Shown here in pieces: positions 1 through 8,323 of a stretch of 37,030 bases of DNA (its first letter is position 1; each line of letters opens with the position of its first letter). Source of the DNA: an uncultured Candidatus Saccharibacteria bacterium (GTDB lineage: Bacteria > Patescibacteriota > Minisyncoccia > Minisyncoccales > PWPS01); the NCBI GenBank assembly GCA_964573145.1, contig CAZNIM010000004.1, positions 1 through 37,030 on the forward strand, in the 5' to 3' direction. Position numbers and translations under genes: made by a program. The notes below the pieces were generated by a model. It was not told where the DNA came from. It saw only the letters and a list, made by a program, of their open reading frames with translations, and ran no database searches.

Positions 1-52
1 GTGCCTTTTTTTATTGCTTCGAAAGATGTAATATGAATTAAAAGCAGTCAAG

Positions 53-658
53 ATGCCTCTACAAATTATACTTTTAATTTTCGGAAGTTATCTCCTCTCC
101 AAAATCTGGAAAAGTTTTGGGCCTCTTTTTTATTTTGTCGCTTTTTTCGGAGTAATGGTTCATGAGTTTTGGCATATAATCGGCTGCCTTCTAACCGGAG
201 CAAAGATACAAAGAATTAAAATTTCAACACGTGAAGGTTTCGTAAGGCATAAGAAGTCAAAAATCCCCATCTTGGGAGCTTTCATAATCTCAACAATTCC
301 TTTTCCGGGAGCGATTCTGACAATCTATATTTTATCCGTTCTTCTCGGCATTAGCCCGACTTCAATTGCCGTGGACTCTTTCGACTTTACTCTTTTTACG
401 AATTATCAATTTTTAATATTTTTATACCTGTCAATCGGAATAATAATCTGCATGATTCCTTCAAAAAAAGATTTTAAAAACGCAATGTGGGGAACCGCGC
501 TCCTTTTTCTTTTTATTATTCTTTTTCACCTTTTTGATATCGGTCTCAATTTTCCAGGGAGTCTCCTGAACATCGTCTCATTTTCTTTCTCAGTTTCCGT
601 TTTAACTCTCCTCGTCAGTTCTCCCTTTTATTTGTTAAAAAGAATCATTTTTAATTGA
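53..658 (+). CDS. Integral membrane protein, putative peptidase M50B-like zinc metalloprotease
   Basis: 201-aa ORF with several hydrophobic helices. It has an HExxH motif followed by LTG (VHEFWHIIGCLLTGAKIQRI), the layout I associate with M50B-like membrane peptidases. The call rests on this motif alone. Confidence 0.5.
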   Translation: MPLQIILLIFGSYLLSKIWKSFGPLFYFVAFFGVMVHEFWHIIGCLLTGAKIQRIKISTREGFVRHKKSKIPILGAFIISTIPFPGAILTIYILSVLLGISPTSIAVDSFDFTLFTNYQFLIFLYLSIGIIICMIPSKKDFKNAMWGTALLFLFIILFHLFDIGLNFPGSLLNIVSFSFSVSVLTLLVSSPFYLLKRIIFN

Positions 659-713
659 AAAAACGAGAGTTTTCTTTATAATAAGGCAAGTGGATAAATT
701 TTAAATATCTCTT

Positions 714-1115
714 GTGAGTCAAAAAAATATAAAAAATATCATATTCGATTGGCAGGGGGTTCTTTCCAAAGGGGGGGTGATAAATGAAGAGATCATCGAT
801 TGGATAAAAAATAATAAAGACTACGGCTACGGAATACTGACCAACTATCCGGCCGACTTCGAGGTTATCTTGTCCGACTTGAAGATTAAAAGTCTTTTTA
901 AGGCGGTAATCAGTCCGACTGACGGAGTATCCAAACCGAATCCGGAAGCCTACTTTAAAGTCTTAAAAGAGATGGAGAGCGATGCGACCGAATCTCTATT
1001 TACGGACGATTCTTTTATCAATGTGAAAGCAGCCCGAAAAATCGGAATGGAAACCGTCTTGTATGAAGATAACCGACAATTTTTTGAAAGACTAAAAGAA
1101 AAAATTAATGATTGA
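714..1115 (+). CDS. HAD-superfamily hydrolase-like protein, short and essentially cap-less
   Basis: GTG start. HAD motifs are present in order: I FDWQGVL, II GILTN, III KPNPEAY, IV FTDDSFINV. The protein is only 133 aa. The Asp+2 of motif I is replaced by Gln. Confidence 0.6.
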   Translation: MSQKNIKNIIFDWQGVLSKGGVINEEIIDWIKNNKDYGYGILTNYPADFEVILSDLKIKSLFKAVISPTDGVSKPNPEAYFKVLKEMESDATESLFTDDSFINVKAARKIGMETVLYEDNRQFFERLKEKIND

Positions 1116-1482
1116 ACCATTAATATTATCAAGAATATTGGGAATCGGCATGATTCTTTTTTCTTCGGTTTTGATTTTAAATGATGAATCGCTGAAAATC
1201 TTATTGCGGCTCTGGAAAACAAAAGAGTACATCTTTATCAGTGGATTTTTTTACTCTTTAGCGGCAATATTTATACTTTCTTTTCACAGTTCTTGGGATT
1301 TTCAATTTTTACTTGTTACTTTGACCGGATGGCTCTTTTTTATCGAAGGGCTTTTCAGATTGATTTTCGCTGAAAAAATAAGTTTAATAATAAAAAAAGA
1401 AAGTCCGATAAAAATTATCAAGGCGGTCTTGTTTTTAACCTTCTTTATCGGAGTTGCATTAATAACCATTACAATCATATAA
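1108..1482 (+). CDS. Small integral membrane protein of unknown function
   Basis: 124-aa ORF with about four hydrophobic helices. Its start overlaps the HAD stop by 8 nt (ATGATTGA). Its stop lies 1 nt before the ABC ATPase start, which implies one operon. Confidence 0.5.
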   Translation: MIEPLILSRILGIGMILFSSVLILNDESLKILLRLWKTKEYIFISGFFYSLAAIFILSFHSSWDFQFLLVTLTGWLFFIEGLFRLIFAEKISLIIKKESPIKIIKAVLFLTFFIGVALITITII

Positions 1483-1483
1483 A

Positions 1484-2200
1484 ATGTTAAAAATAACCAA
1501 CTTGCAGAAAAAATTCGGTGACTTTGAAGCCGTTTCCGATATAAATTTAGAAGTTGAAAAAGGAAACTTCTTTTCGATAATCGGGCCGAACGGATCAGGT
1601 AAAACGACAATAATAAAATCGATACTGGGGCTTCTTACTCCCGAAGAAGGAGAGATCACAATTAACGGAGAGAGTATTGTCGATAACCCAATCAAAGCGA
1701 AGTCAAAAATGGGATACATTCCGGATGAGCCGAAGATATGGAATCATATAACCGGTGAAGAGTTCCTCTATTTTATCGGCGCCTTATACGGGATGAAAAA
1801 AGAAGAAGTGGAAAGTAAAATCCCGAAGCTTCTGGATCACTTCAATCTTTCCGGAATTGAAAAAAAATATTTTGAAAATTATTCTCGAGGAAACAAGCAG
1901 AAATTCACCATTTTGGGAGCTTTACTACACACTCCGAAGTTGATTTTAGTGGATGAGCCGATAGTGGGACTCGATCCCGACTCGGCGGAAAAAGCGATGC
2001 ATCTATTATCCGAATTCACCAAGGAGGGAGGAACCGTTTTTATGGCCACTCACACCTTGCAAGTCGCCGAAGAATTTTCGGATAAAGTCGGAATTTTGCA
2101 CGACGGAAGGTTAACCGAGACCGGATCGATAGACGAACTCAGAAAAAAAATGGGTAAAGAAGATGCTTCTTTGATCGAAATTTATCATAATTTCAACTAA
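1484..2200 (+). CDS. ABC transporter ATP-binding protein
   Basis: Walker A GPNGSGKTT, a signature-like YSRGNKQK, Walker B LILVDEP and an H-loop ATHTL. Length is 238 aa. Confidence 0.9.
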   Translation: MLKITNLQKKFGDFEAVSDINLEVEKGNFFSIIGPNGSGKTTIIKSILGLLTPEEGEITINGESIVDNPIKAKSKMGYIPDEPKIWNHITGEEFLYFIGALYGMKKEEVESKIPKLLDHFNLSGIEKKYFENYSRGNKQKFTILGALLHTPKLILVDEPIVGLDPDSAEKAMHLLSEFTKEGGTVFMATHTLQVAEEFSDKVGILHDGRLTETGSIDELRKKMGKEDASLIEIYHNFN

Positions 2201-2203
2201 AAA

Positions 2204-3850
2204 ATGGATAACTTTATTGACTATTACATTAAAAAGACGAAGCGTTACTTCAAGAAAAACAGTAAGGCGAGAATAATCGTTGCCCTCCTTATGATTGCCG
2301 CCATCGCCCTTCTTTCCGTTTCCATCTTTCTTCTTACCCGTTCGGGTTTGGAGTCGACTCAAATAGGAGACGATCCGTTCATGCCGCAGGCGGCTCCACT
2401 TTATATTTATCAAATATTTTTATTGATAGTCGGACTTTTGATTTTTGCCAGCACGGTGATTTTCACTCTTTTCAGTTTTTTCAACAGAGACAATCTTGAC
2501 CACTGGATAATGGCAACTCCTCGATATAACACCCTCTCTTGGGTGAAGTTTTTCAGAGCGCTAATCGATTCTTCTTGGCCACTTATAATATTGGCCATTC
2601 CGCTTCTTTTAGCGGTAAAAAGCGTTTTTGAAATATCCTTTGGATTATTTCTTTTCACTTTACTGGTAGTTGTTGCTTTCTCTCTCTTTTGTAGCGCTTC
2701 GGCGGTCGTTTTGATCTTTCTGATATCGAGCGTAATGAGAAAGATGAAGATCAAAAGTTTTTCAATTCTCGCTTTTACGATTGTTGCCGTAACCGCACTG
2801 CTCGGAGCCGTAGCTTGGAGTAGGACCGTAGCGATGGATATAAATCAAATATTTCAAATTGCGGAAGGAGATGCGGCTACTCTCGACGCGATGAAGAGTA
2901 ATTTTGCCGTTCTTCCTTCTCACTTTCCGGCGATGACACTTCACTACGTTCAAACCGAAAAAATCGGTGCCGCTTTAATGCCCGGTGGATTAACTTTTGC
3001 CTTGTTCTTAGCGGTTGTCTTTTTATTTTCAATTATTAAGAAAAAATTTCTCTATTTTTGGCAAGTGTTCCAAGAAGGCTCGTTCGAAGCAAAAGCGGAA
3101 AGAGAAGTTAAAAAAAGTCCCTTATCCGGAAAAAAATTCCCCAGAACACCCGAACAGGTAATATTCAAAAAAGAGAGACTGAACTCGATTCGATCTCCCA
3201 AAAATATCTTTTGGTTTTCATTTCTTTTCATATTGATGCTCGTCCAAGTGGGGGTAATCAACTTACTTGAAAGATACGTTGGAATAGCCGGTCCGGAAGC
3301 CGTTTCCGGGTTAACTTCTGCAATTCAGTTGGGGGTAATAATCTTTTTTACCGCCGCCTTAATTTTAAGATTCATATTTCCTTCTTTTAGTCAAGAAGGT
3401 AACACATCCTGGCTGATCGGTTCGACTCCGATCGATTTAAAAACAATCTTCAATACAAAATACTTATTTTACTGCCTGGTTCTGGTTCCGGCTTCCATTT
3501 TGGCAGTTATCCTTTATGCAGTTCCTTTAGCCGGCGGTTCGGAAGCTCTTCTACTTATTCTTTTTGCAGTAGTCGGAGTCTTAACACTGACAATGCTCGG
3601 TCTTTCAATGGGAGTCGTTTTCGTTAATTTTGAGACCGATGACCCGCAAAAGCTGAGCACTTCCGCTCCGGGGATAGGGTTTACCCTTATTTCGCTTATC
3701 TACGGAGGAGCGACAGCTGTCATAATCGACAGAATTTTAACTCTTCAAAATCCTCTTCCGATCTTCTTCTTTTTACTTCTGTCTTTTCTGATATATAAGA
3801 TATCAAAATCGAAAGCACTGAGATCTTTGGACGATATGGAATTCGTCTGA
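2204..3850 (+). CDS. Polytopic membrane protein, putative ABC exporter permease partner
   Basis: 548-aa ORF starting 3 nt after the ATPase stop. It has about 10-12 hydrophobic helices in two halves, separated by a basic cytoplasmic loop (KAEREVKKSPLSGKKFPRTPEQ). The permease role is inferred from adjacency. Confidence 0.6.
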   Translation: MDNFIDYYIKKTKRYFKKNSKARIIVALLMIAAIALLSVSIFLLTRSGLESTQIGDDPFMPQAAPLYIYQIFLLIVGLLIFASTVIFTLFSFFNRDNLDHWIMATPRYNTLSWVKFFRALIDSSWPLIILAIPLLLAVKSVFEISFGLFLFTLLVVVAFSLFCSASAVVLIFLISSVMRKMKIKSFSILAFTIVAVTALLGAVAWSRTVAMDINQIFQIAEGDAATLDAMKSNFAVLPSHFPAMTLHYVQTEKIGAALMPGGLTFALFLAVVFLFSIIKKKFLYFWQVFQEGSFEAKAEREVKKSPLSGKKFPRTPEQVIFKKERLNSIRSPKNIFWFSFLFILMLVQVGVINLLERYVGIAGPEAVSGLTSAIQLGVIIFFTAALILRFIFPSFSQEGNTSWLIGSTPIDLKTIFNTKYLFYCLVLVPASILAVILYAVPLAGGSEALLLILFAVVGVLTLTMLGLSMGVVFVNFETDDPQKLSTSAPGIGFTLISLIYGGATAVIIDRILTLQNPLPIFFFLLLSFLIYKISKSKALRSLDDMEFV

Positions 3851-3877
3851 TTATCACTCTTGACATCAGACTGCTAA
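3851..3877 (+). promoter_or_regulatory. CIRCE-like HrcA operator
   Basis: TTATCACTC-N9-GACTGCTAA, compared with the CIRCE consensus TTAGCACTC-N9-GAGTGCTAA. There is one mismatch per arm. It sits directly upstream of hrcA-grpE-dnaK-dnaJ. Confidence 0.75.
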
Positions 3878-3888
3878 TTATTTATCAT
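3860..3888 (+). promoter_or_regulatory. Sigma-70-type promoter of the hrcA operon
   Basis: TTGACA (3860-3865), a 17-nt spacer, then TATCAT (3883-3888). The -35 box lies inside the CIRCE spacer. The hrcA ATG is 29 nt downstream of the -10 box. Confidence 0.6.
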
Positions 3889-3916
3889 TAGGAGCAGAAG
3901 AGCTCTGTTAAAACTT

Positions 3917-4660
3917 ATGTTAACAAAAAGACAGCAATTAATCCTGGATATAGTGGTTGAAAACTATATCGAGCTCGGAGAGCCGATAAGCTCCCAATTC
4001 ATAGAAGAAAACTGCAATCTCGGAGTTTCCCCCGCAACAATCAGAAACGACCTTAAAAAGCTGGTGAAAGAGGGTTATTTGGACCAACCACACACTTCGG
4101 CGGGAAGAGTCCCGGCCGATAAGGGTTATCGCTATTTCGTCAACAAGTTGCTTAAAAAAAAGCGAAGGCTCCAAGACGGACGCATCGATAGAGAGATTAG
4201 AAAGATGGAGGAGGGAATGGAAGAGCTTGATTTTTTAAGAGAATTAACCGGATTTTTAGCAACGATGTCGAGCTCTTTAACCTATTCTTATCTAATGGAT
4301 AAGAATCTATTTTGGAAAGAGGGCTTTGAAGAAGCTTTTCATGATCCGGAATTCGAAGATATAACCAAAGTTCATTCTTTCTTGGAGATGGTTAAAAAAT
4401 TCGAAGCCAGATTTGAGAATGATTTTTTTCAAGATCTGGAAAGAAGTGAAATAAGAATCTATATCGGAAAAGAGAGCCCGTTGGGTAATGAAGATTTTTC
4501 AATAATGGTTTCCCGCTACTGCTATAGCCATTCCGAGGACGGGGTAGTGGCTCTTTTGGGGCCGAAAAGGATGGCCTACGATAAAAATATTGCCATAGTT
4601 AATTCATTAATTAAGATCCTGGAGAAAAAATACAATGACAGACAGCAAGAAGACCGATAA
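3917..4660 (+). CDS. hrcA: Heat-inducible transcription repressor HrcA (short form)
   Basis: N-terminal winged helix: MLTKRQQLILDIVVENYIELGEPISSQFI...ATIRNDLKKLVKEGYLDQPHTSAGRVPADKGYRYFV. Supported by the operon context with CIRCE, grpE, dnaK and dnaJ. Confidence 0.85.
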   Translation: MLTKRQQLILDIVVENYIELGEPISSQFIEENCNLGVSPATIRNDLKKLVKEGYLDQPHTSAGRVPADKGYRYFVNKLLKKKRRLQDGRIDREIRKMEEGMEELDFLRELTGFLATMSSSLTYSYLMDKNLFWKEGFEEAFHDPEFEDITKVHSFLEMVKKFEARFENDFFQDLERSEIRIYIGKESPLGNEDFSIMVSRYCYSHSEDGVVALLGPKRMAYDKNIAIVNSLIKILEKKYNDRQQEDR

Positions 4661-5114
4661 AACAAAAGAAAAAGTGGAAGAATTAAAAAAAGAGAGAGAT
4701 GAGTTTTTAAGTGGGTGGCAGAGAGCTCGAGCTGACTTTTCCAATTATAGAAAAAATGAAAGAGAGAGGCTTTCGGAGGCTCAAAAAAGAAAAAAGAAGA
4801 AGATATTTTTGGACCTTTTGGAAGTAATCGACAACTTCGAGTTGGCAGAAAAAAATATCGATAAAGAAGATTTAAAAAACGATACGGTAGTCGGTCTTTT
4901 AAATGTAAAGAAACAGCTCCTCGATATCCTTAAAAGCTACGGCGTTAAAGAGATGAAGGTCGAAGGAAAAGAATTCGATCCGAACATCCACGAAGCCGTC
5001 GCTATGATCGAATCGGACGATGATCCGGATACGATTGCCGAAGAAGTTCGAAAAGGATATCTTATTGACGGGGAACTTTTAAGACCGGCAAGAGTAAAAG
5101 TTACAAAAAATTAA
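4635..5114 (+). CDS. grpE: Nucleotide exchange factor GrpE
   Basis: GrpE motifs RARADFSNYRKN and FDPNIHEAV...GYLIDGELLRPARVKV. A GGAG lies 11 nt upstream of the ATG. The gene overlaps the hrcA 3' end by 26 nt. Confidence 0.9.
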   Translation: MTDSKKTDKTKEKVEELKKERDEFLSGWQRARADFSNYRKNERERLSEAQKRKKKKIFLDLLEVIDNFELAEKNIDKEDLKNDTVVGLLNVKKQLLDILKSYGVKEMKVEGKEFDPNIHEAVAMIESDDDPDTIAEEVRKGYLIDGELLRPARVKVTKN

Positions 5115-5118
5115 CCCG

Positions 5119-5150
5119 ACTTGTGGTCAACTTTAGGTAAAACCACAAGT
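5119..5150 (+). other. Perfect 9-bp stem-loop between grpE and dnaK
   Basis: ACTTGTGGT (5119-5127), a 14-nt loop, then ACCACAAGT (5142-5150). It ends 8 nt before the dnaK ATG at 5159. There is no U-tract. Confidence 0.45.
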
Positions 5151-5158
5151 TGAAACAG

Positions 5159-7030
5159 ATGAGTAAAATTTTAGGAATAGACTTGGGAACCACTTTTTCG
5201 GCAATGGCCGTAGTTGAAGGTGGAGAGCCTCGAATATTGGAAAACAAAGAAGGGGACAGAACCACTCCCTCGGTAATTGCAATGAGTAAAAAAGGAGAAA
5301 GATTGGTCGGGTCAATAGCCAGAAGACAACAAGTCACCAATCCGGAAAACACGATTTTTGCCGCCAAGAGATTAATCGGAAGGCATTTCGACAGTCAGGA
5401 AGTTAAAAAAAGCAAAAAGAATTTACCTTACGAAATACGAAAAGAAAAAGATGGCGAAGGAGTCGAAATAAAATTCGATGAAAAATGGAGAAAAGTTCCC
5501 GAAATATCGGCTATGGTTCTTCAAAAATTAAAGAAGGACGCTGAAGAAAAATTAGGGGAAGAGATAAAAGAGGCGATAATAACGGTTCCCGCTTACTTTG
5601 ACGACTCACAAAGAAAGGCAACCAAAGTAGCCGGTGAAATTGCCGGATTCGACGTAAAGAGAGTGATAAATGAGCCAACCGCCGCCGCTTTGGCTTACGG
5701 ATTAAATAAAAAGAAGGATGAAAAAGTTTTGGTCTACGACTTCGGTGGAGGAACTTTCGATGTTTCGGTTTTGGAAGTGAGTGAAGACACAATAGAAGTT
5801 CGAGCCAGCGGAGGAGACAGTCATCTGGGTGGAGAAGATTTCGATAACGAAATCGTCAACTGGATTATTAAAAAGTTTAAAAACGAAAATGGAATAGATC
5901 TTTCCAAAGATAATTTGGCACTTCAAAGAATTAAAGAAGCGGCCGAAAAGGCAAAGATAGAATTATCGAGCACTAAAAAGACGGATATAAATATTCCGTT
6001 CGTCACTTCGGATGAAAGTGGACCGAAGCATCTCAACTATTCCTTGTCGAGATCCGAATTTGAAAGCTTGGTTGAAAAATATATCGACAGATCGATAGAG
6101 ATGACAAAGAAGACGGTTAAGGATTCGGGAATAAAGATCTCCGAGATCGATGAGATAGTTTTGGTCGGAGGGCAAACCCGAACCCCGGCTATTCAGGAAA
6201 AAATTAAGGAAATTTTCGGAAAAGAGCCAAATAAAGAAATCAATCCCGATGAAGTGGTGGCCGTCGGAGCCGCTATTCAAGGTGGTATTATGGGTGGAGA
6301 TGTGAAAGATGTGCTTCTCTTGGACGTTACTCCTTTATCTCTCGGAATCGAGACTTTGGGCGGTAGATTCACCAAGTTGATTGAAAAAAACACTACCATT
6401 CCCGCTTCGGAAACCGAAGTTTTTTCGACCGCCAGCGACAATCAATCCTCGGTTCAGATAAATGTACTTCAAGGAGAGCGACCGATGGCAAAAGATAACA
6501 AGTCTTTAGGCCAATTCATTCTTGACGGAATACCTCCCGCTCCGCGAGGAGTTCCGCAGATAGAGGTGAAATTCGACATCGACGCCAATGGAATCCTAAA
6601 CGTTTCCGCTAAAGACAAGGGAACCGGCAAAGAGCAATCGATTAAAATCGAAGGGTCTTGCGGGCTGTCCGATGAGGAGATAGAAAAGATGAAAAAGGAG
6701 GCCGAAGAGCATGCTGAAGAAGACAGAAAAAAAGAAGAGCTCCTCGACGCCAAAACCGATGCCGAAACTTTAATTTACAGCTTTGAAAAAATGAGGAGAG
6801 ATAATGATGACCTTCCGGAAGAATTAACCGACCTGGAAGAAGAAATTAAAGATCTTCAAAAGTTGATTGAAACCGAAGATGTTGAAAAAAGCGAAGAGAT
6901 TAAAGAAAAAACGGAAAGCTTATCAAAGAAGATGCAGGAGGTGGGAGCAAAGATGTATGAAAAATCAGCAGCCGAAGAGCAGTCGGAAGAAGACGAAGAA
7001 GTTGAAGAAGGGGAGGTTGAAGAAGAATAA
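5159..7030 (+). CDS. dnaK: Molecular chaperone DnaK (Hsp70)
   Basis: Hsp70 signatures [19 protein letters not shown] and [10 protein letters not shown]. The canonical N-terminus [11 protein letters not shown] begins at ATG 5159. The ORF-track TTG at 5150 lies inside the hairpin and is less likely. The C-terminal tail is acidic. Confidence 0.97.
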   Translation: MSKILGIDLGTTFSAMAVVEGGEPRILENKEGDRTTPSVIAMSKKGERLVGSIARRQQVTNPENTIFAAKRLIGRHFDSQEVKKSKKNLPYEIRKEKDGEGVEIKFDEKWRKVPEISAMVLQKLKKDAEEKLGEEIKEAIITVPAYFDDSQRKATKVAGEIAGFDVKRVINEPTAAALAYGLNKKKDEKVLVYDFGGGTFDVSVLEVSEDTIEVRASGGDSHLGGEDFDNEIVNWIIKKFKNENGIDLSKDNLALQRIKEAAEKAKIELSSTKKTDINIPFVTSDESGPKHLNYSLSRSEFESLVEKYIDRSIEMTKKTVKDSGIKISEIDEIVLVGGQTRTPAIQEKIKEIFGKEPNKEINPDEVVAVGAAIQGGIMGGDVKDVLLLDVTPLSLGIETLGGRFTKLIEKNTTIPASETEVFSTASDNQSSVQINVLQGERPMAKDNKSLGQFILDGIPPAPRGVPQIEVKFDIDANGILNVSAKDKGTGKEQSIKIEGSCGLSDEEIEKMKKEAEEHAEEDRKKEELLDAKTDAETLIYSFEKMRRDNDDLPEELTDLEEEIKDLQKLIETEDVEKSEEIKEKTESLSKKMQEVGAKMYEKSAAEEQSEEDEEVEEGEVEEE

Positions 7031-7040
7031 TAATCAATTT

Positions 7041-7068
7041 AAAAACTCCTTCTTCGGAAGGGGTTTTT
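7041..7068 (+). terminator. Intrinsic terminator or attenuator between dnaK and dnaJ
   Basis: Stem CTCCTTC / GAAGGGG with one G-U pair, a UUCG tetraloop and T5 (7064-7068). An A5 run precedes it. The dnaJ ATG is only 15 nt downstream. Confidence 0.55.
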
Positions 7069-7083
7069 ATCTTATAAAAAGCA

Positions 7084-8163
7084 ATGAGTGAAGACTATTA
7101 CAAGATTTTAGGAGTTTCCAAAGACGCCGACCAGGAAGAAATTAAAAAAGCTTTCAGGAAACTGGCTCATAAACATCACCCGGACAAAGGTGGAGACGAG
7201 GAGGAGTTTAAAAAAATAAACGAAGCCTACCGAGTATTGTCCGATGAAAAGAAAAGAAAGCAATACGATCGATTCGGAAAAGCGGGGGCCGGAAAATCCG
7301 GATTTGATGGTTTTCAAGGAAATTACGGAGGAGGTTTCGGAAGCGCCGGATTTGATTTTAATGATTTCGGTGATATCTTCGGCGATGTTTTCGGTGGCTT
7401 TTCACGCTCTCAGAAACGATCCGAAAAAGGAGCGGATATAAAGATAGACCTTCAAATCTCTCTACGGGAAGCTTTTTCCGGAGTGATAAAAAAGAAGGAC
7501 CTGAACAAATATGTAGTTTGTGAGGATTGTAAAGGATCCGGCGGGAAGAACGGAAAGATGAAAAAATGCTCCGACTGTGAAGGGACGGGGAAAATAAAAG
7601 AAGAAAGAAGAACTTTTTTCGGTAATTTTGCTCAAGTATCAATTTGCTCAACCTGTCACGGTAGGGGAGAAGTACCGAAAGATGAGTGTCCGAAATGTGG
7701 CGGAGAGGGTAGAAGAAAAGAGATTAAGACGGTTAAAATAAAGATTCCTTCGGGAATAAGAACCGGTCAATCGATAAGGATATCCGAAGCCGGGCACGCC
7801 GGAAAGATGGGTAGTCCGGCCGGAGATCTGCTGGTATCAATCAGAGTCAAAGAGGATGATCGCTTTCGTCGAGAAGGATCCGACCTACATCACGACGCGG
7901 CAATTACTTTCAGTCAAGCCGTATTGGGAGGAAAGGTAGAGGTTCCTGTTTTTGAAGATGACGGTAAAATAAAAAACGTTAAACTTAACGTTCCCAAGGG
8001 TTCTTCCTCCGGGAAAACCATCCGTTTGTCCGGAAAGGGAATGCCCAAACTACAAGGGTACGGGCGTGGAGACGCCTTTATTCATCTGAATATAGAGATA
8101 CCGAAAAAGACCACTAAAAAGCAAAAATCCTTACTTAAGGAGCTTAAAAAAGAAGGTCTTTAA
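7084..8163 (+). CDS. dnaJ: Co-chaperone DnaJ (type I)
   Basis: J domain with HPD ([10 protein letters not shown]), a Gly/Phe-rich linker, and four CxxCxGxG zinc-finger repeats ([32 protein letters not shown]). Confidence 0.95.
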   Translation: MSEDYYKILGVSKDADQEEIKKAFRKLAHKHHPDKGGDEEEFKKINEAYRVLSDEKKRKQYDRFGKAGAGKSGFDGFQGNYGGGFGSAGFDFNDFGDIFGDVFGGFSRSQKRSEKGADIKIDLQISLREAFSGVIKKKDLNKYVVCEDCKGSGGKNGKMKKCSDCEGTGKIKEERRTFFGNFAQVSICSTCHGRGEVPKDECPKCGGEGRRKEIKTVKIKIPSGIRTGQSIRISEAGHAGKMGSPAGDLLVSIRVKEDDRFRREGSDLHHDAAITFSQAVLGGKVEVPVFEDDGKIKNVKLNVPKGSSSGKTIRLSGKGMPKLQGYGRGDAFIHLNIEIPKKTTKKQKSLLKELKKEGL

Positions 8164-8173
8164 TCAACCTTTC

Positions 8174-8201
8174 TTTACTTTTTAAAAAAATTATGTACAA
8201 T
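8174..8201 (+). promoter_or_regulatory. Candidate promoter for tRNA-Lys
   Basis: TTTACT (8174-8179), a 16-nt spacer, then TACAAT (8196-8201). The -10 box ends 9 nt before the mature tRNA 5' end. Confidence 0.3.
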
Positions 8202-8210
8202 GATTGTAGC

Positions 8211-8283
8211 GCGTCCGTAGCTCAGTTGGTAGAGCAGCTCCCTTTTAAGGAGAAGGTCGAGGGTTCGAATCCTTCCGGACGCA
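8211..8283 (+). tRNA. tRNA-Lys, anticodon UUU
   Basis: Folded by hand. Acceptor stem GCGTCCG/CGGACGC, D-arm GCTC-AGTTGGTA-GAGC, anticodon loop C-T-TTT-A-A, variable loop AGGTC, T-arm GAGGG-TTCGAAT-CCTTC, discriminator A. 73 nt; CCA is not encoded. Confidence 0.9.
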
Positions 8284-8288
8284 CAAAA

Positions 8289-8311
8289 ATCCTCGTTCCG
8301 GGGATTTTTTT
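8289..8311 (+). terminator. Hairpin plus T-run after tRNA-Lys
   Basis: Stem ATCCTCG / CGGGGAT (one G-U pair), a 3-nt loop, then T7. It ends 12 nt before the next start codon, so it is probably leaky. Confidence 0.55.
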
Positions 8312-8323
8312 AAATTAAAGAAG

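Noticed and set aside
5150-5158. TTG start for dnaK (MKQMSKIL...) as given in the ORF track.
   Set aside because: The TTG begins in the last base of the intercistronic hairpin stem. The ATG at 5159 gives the canonical [12 protein letters not shown]-terminus.
6867-7091. 74-aa Lys/Arg-rich ORF in an alternative frame, spanning the dnaK 3' end and the dnaK-dnaJ spacer.
   Set aside because: It is a frame-shifted reading of the GAA/AAG-rich acidic tail of dnaK and runs through the terminator hairpin. There is no independent start signal.
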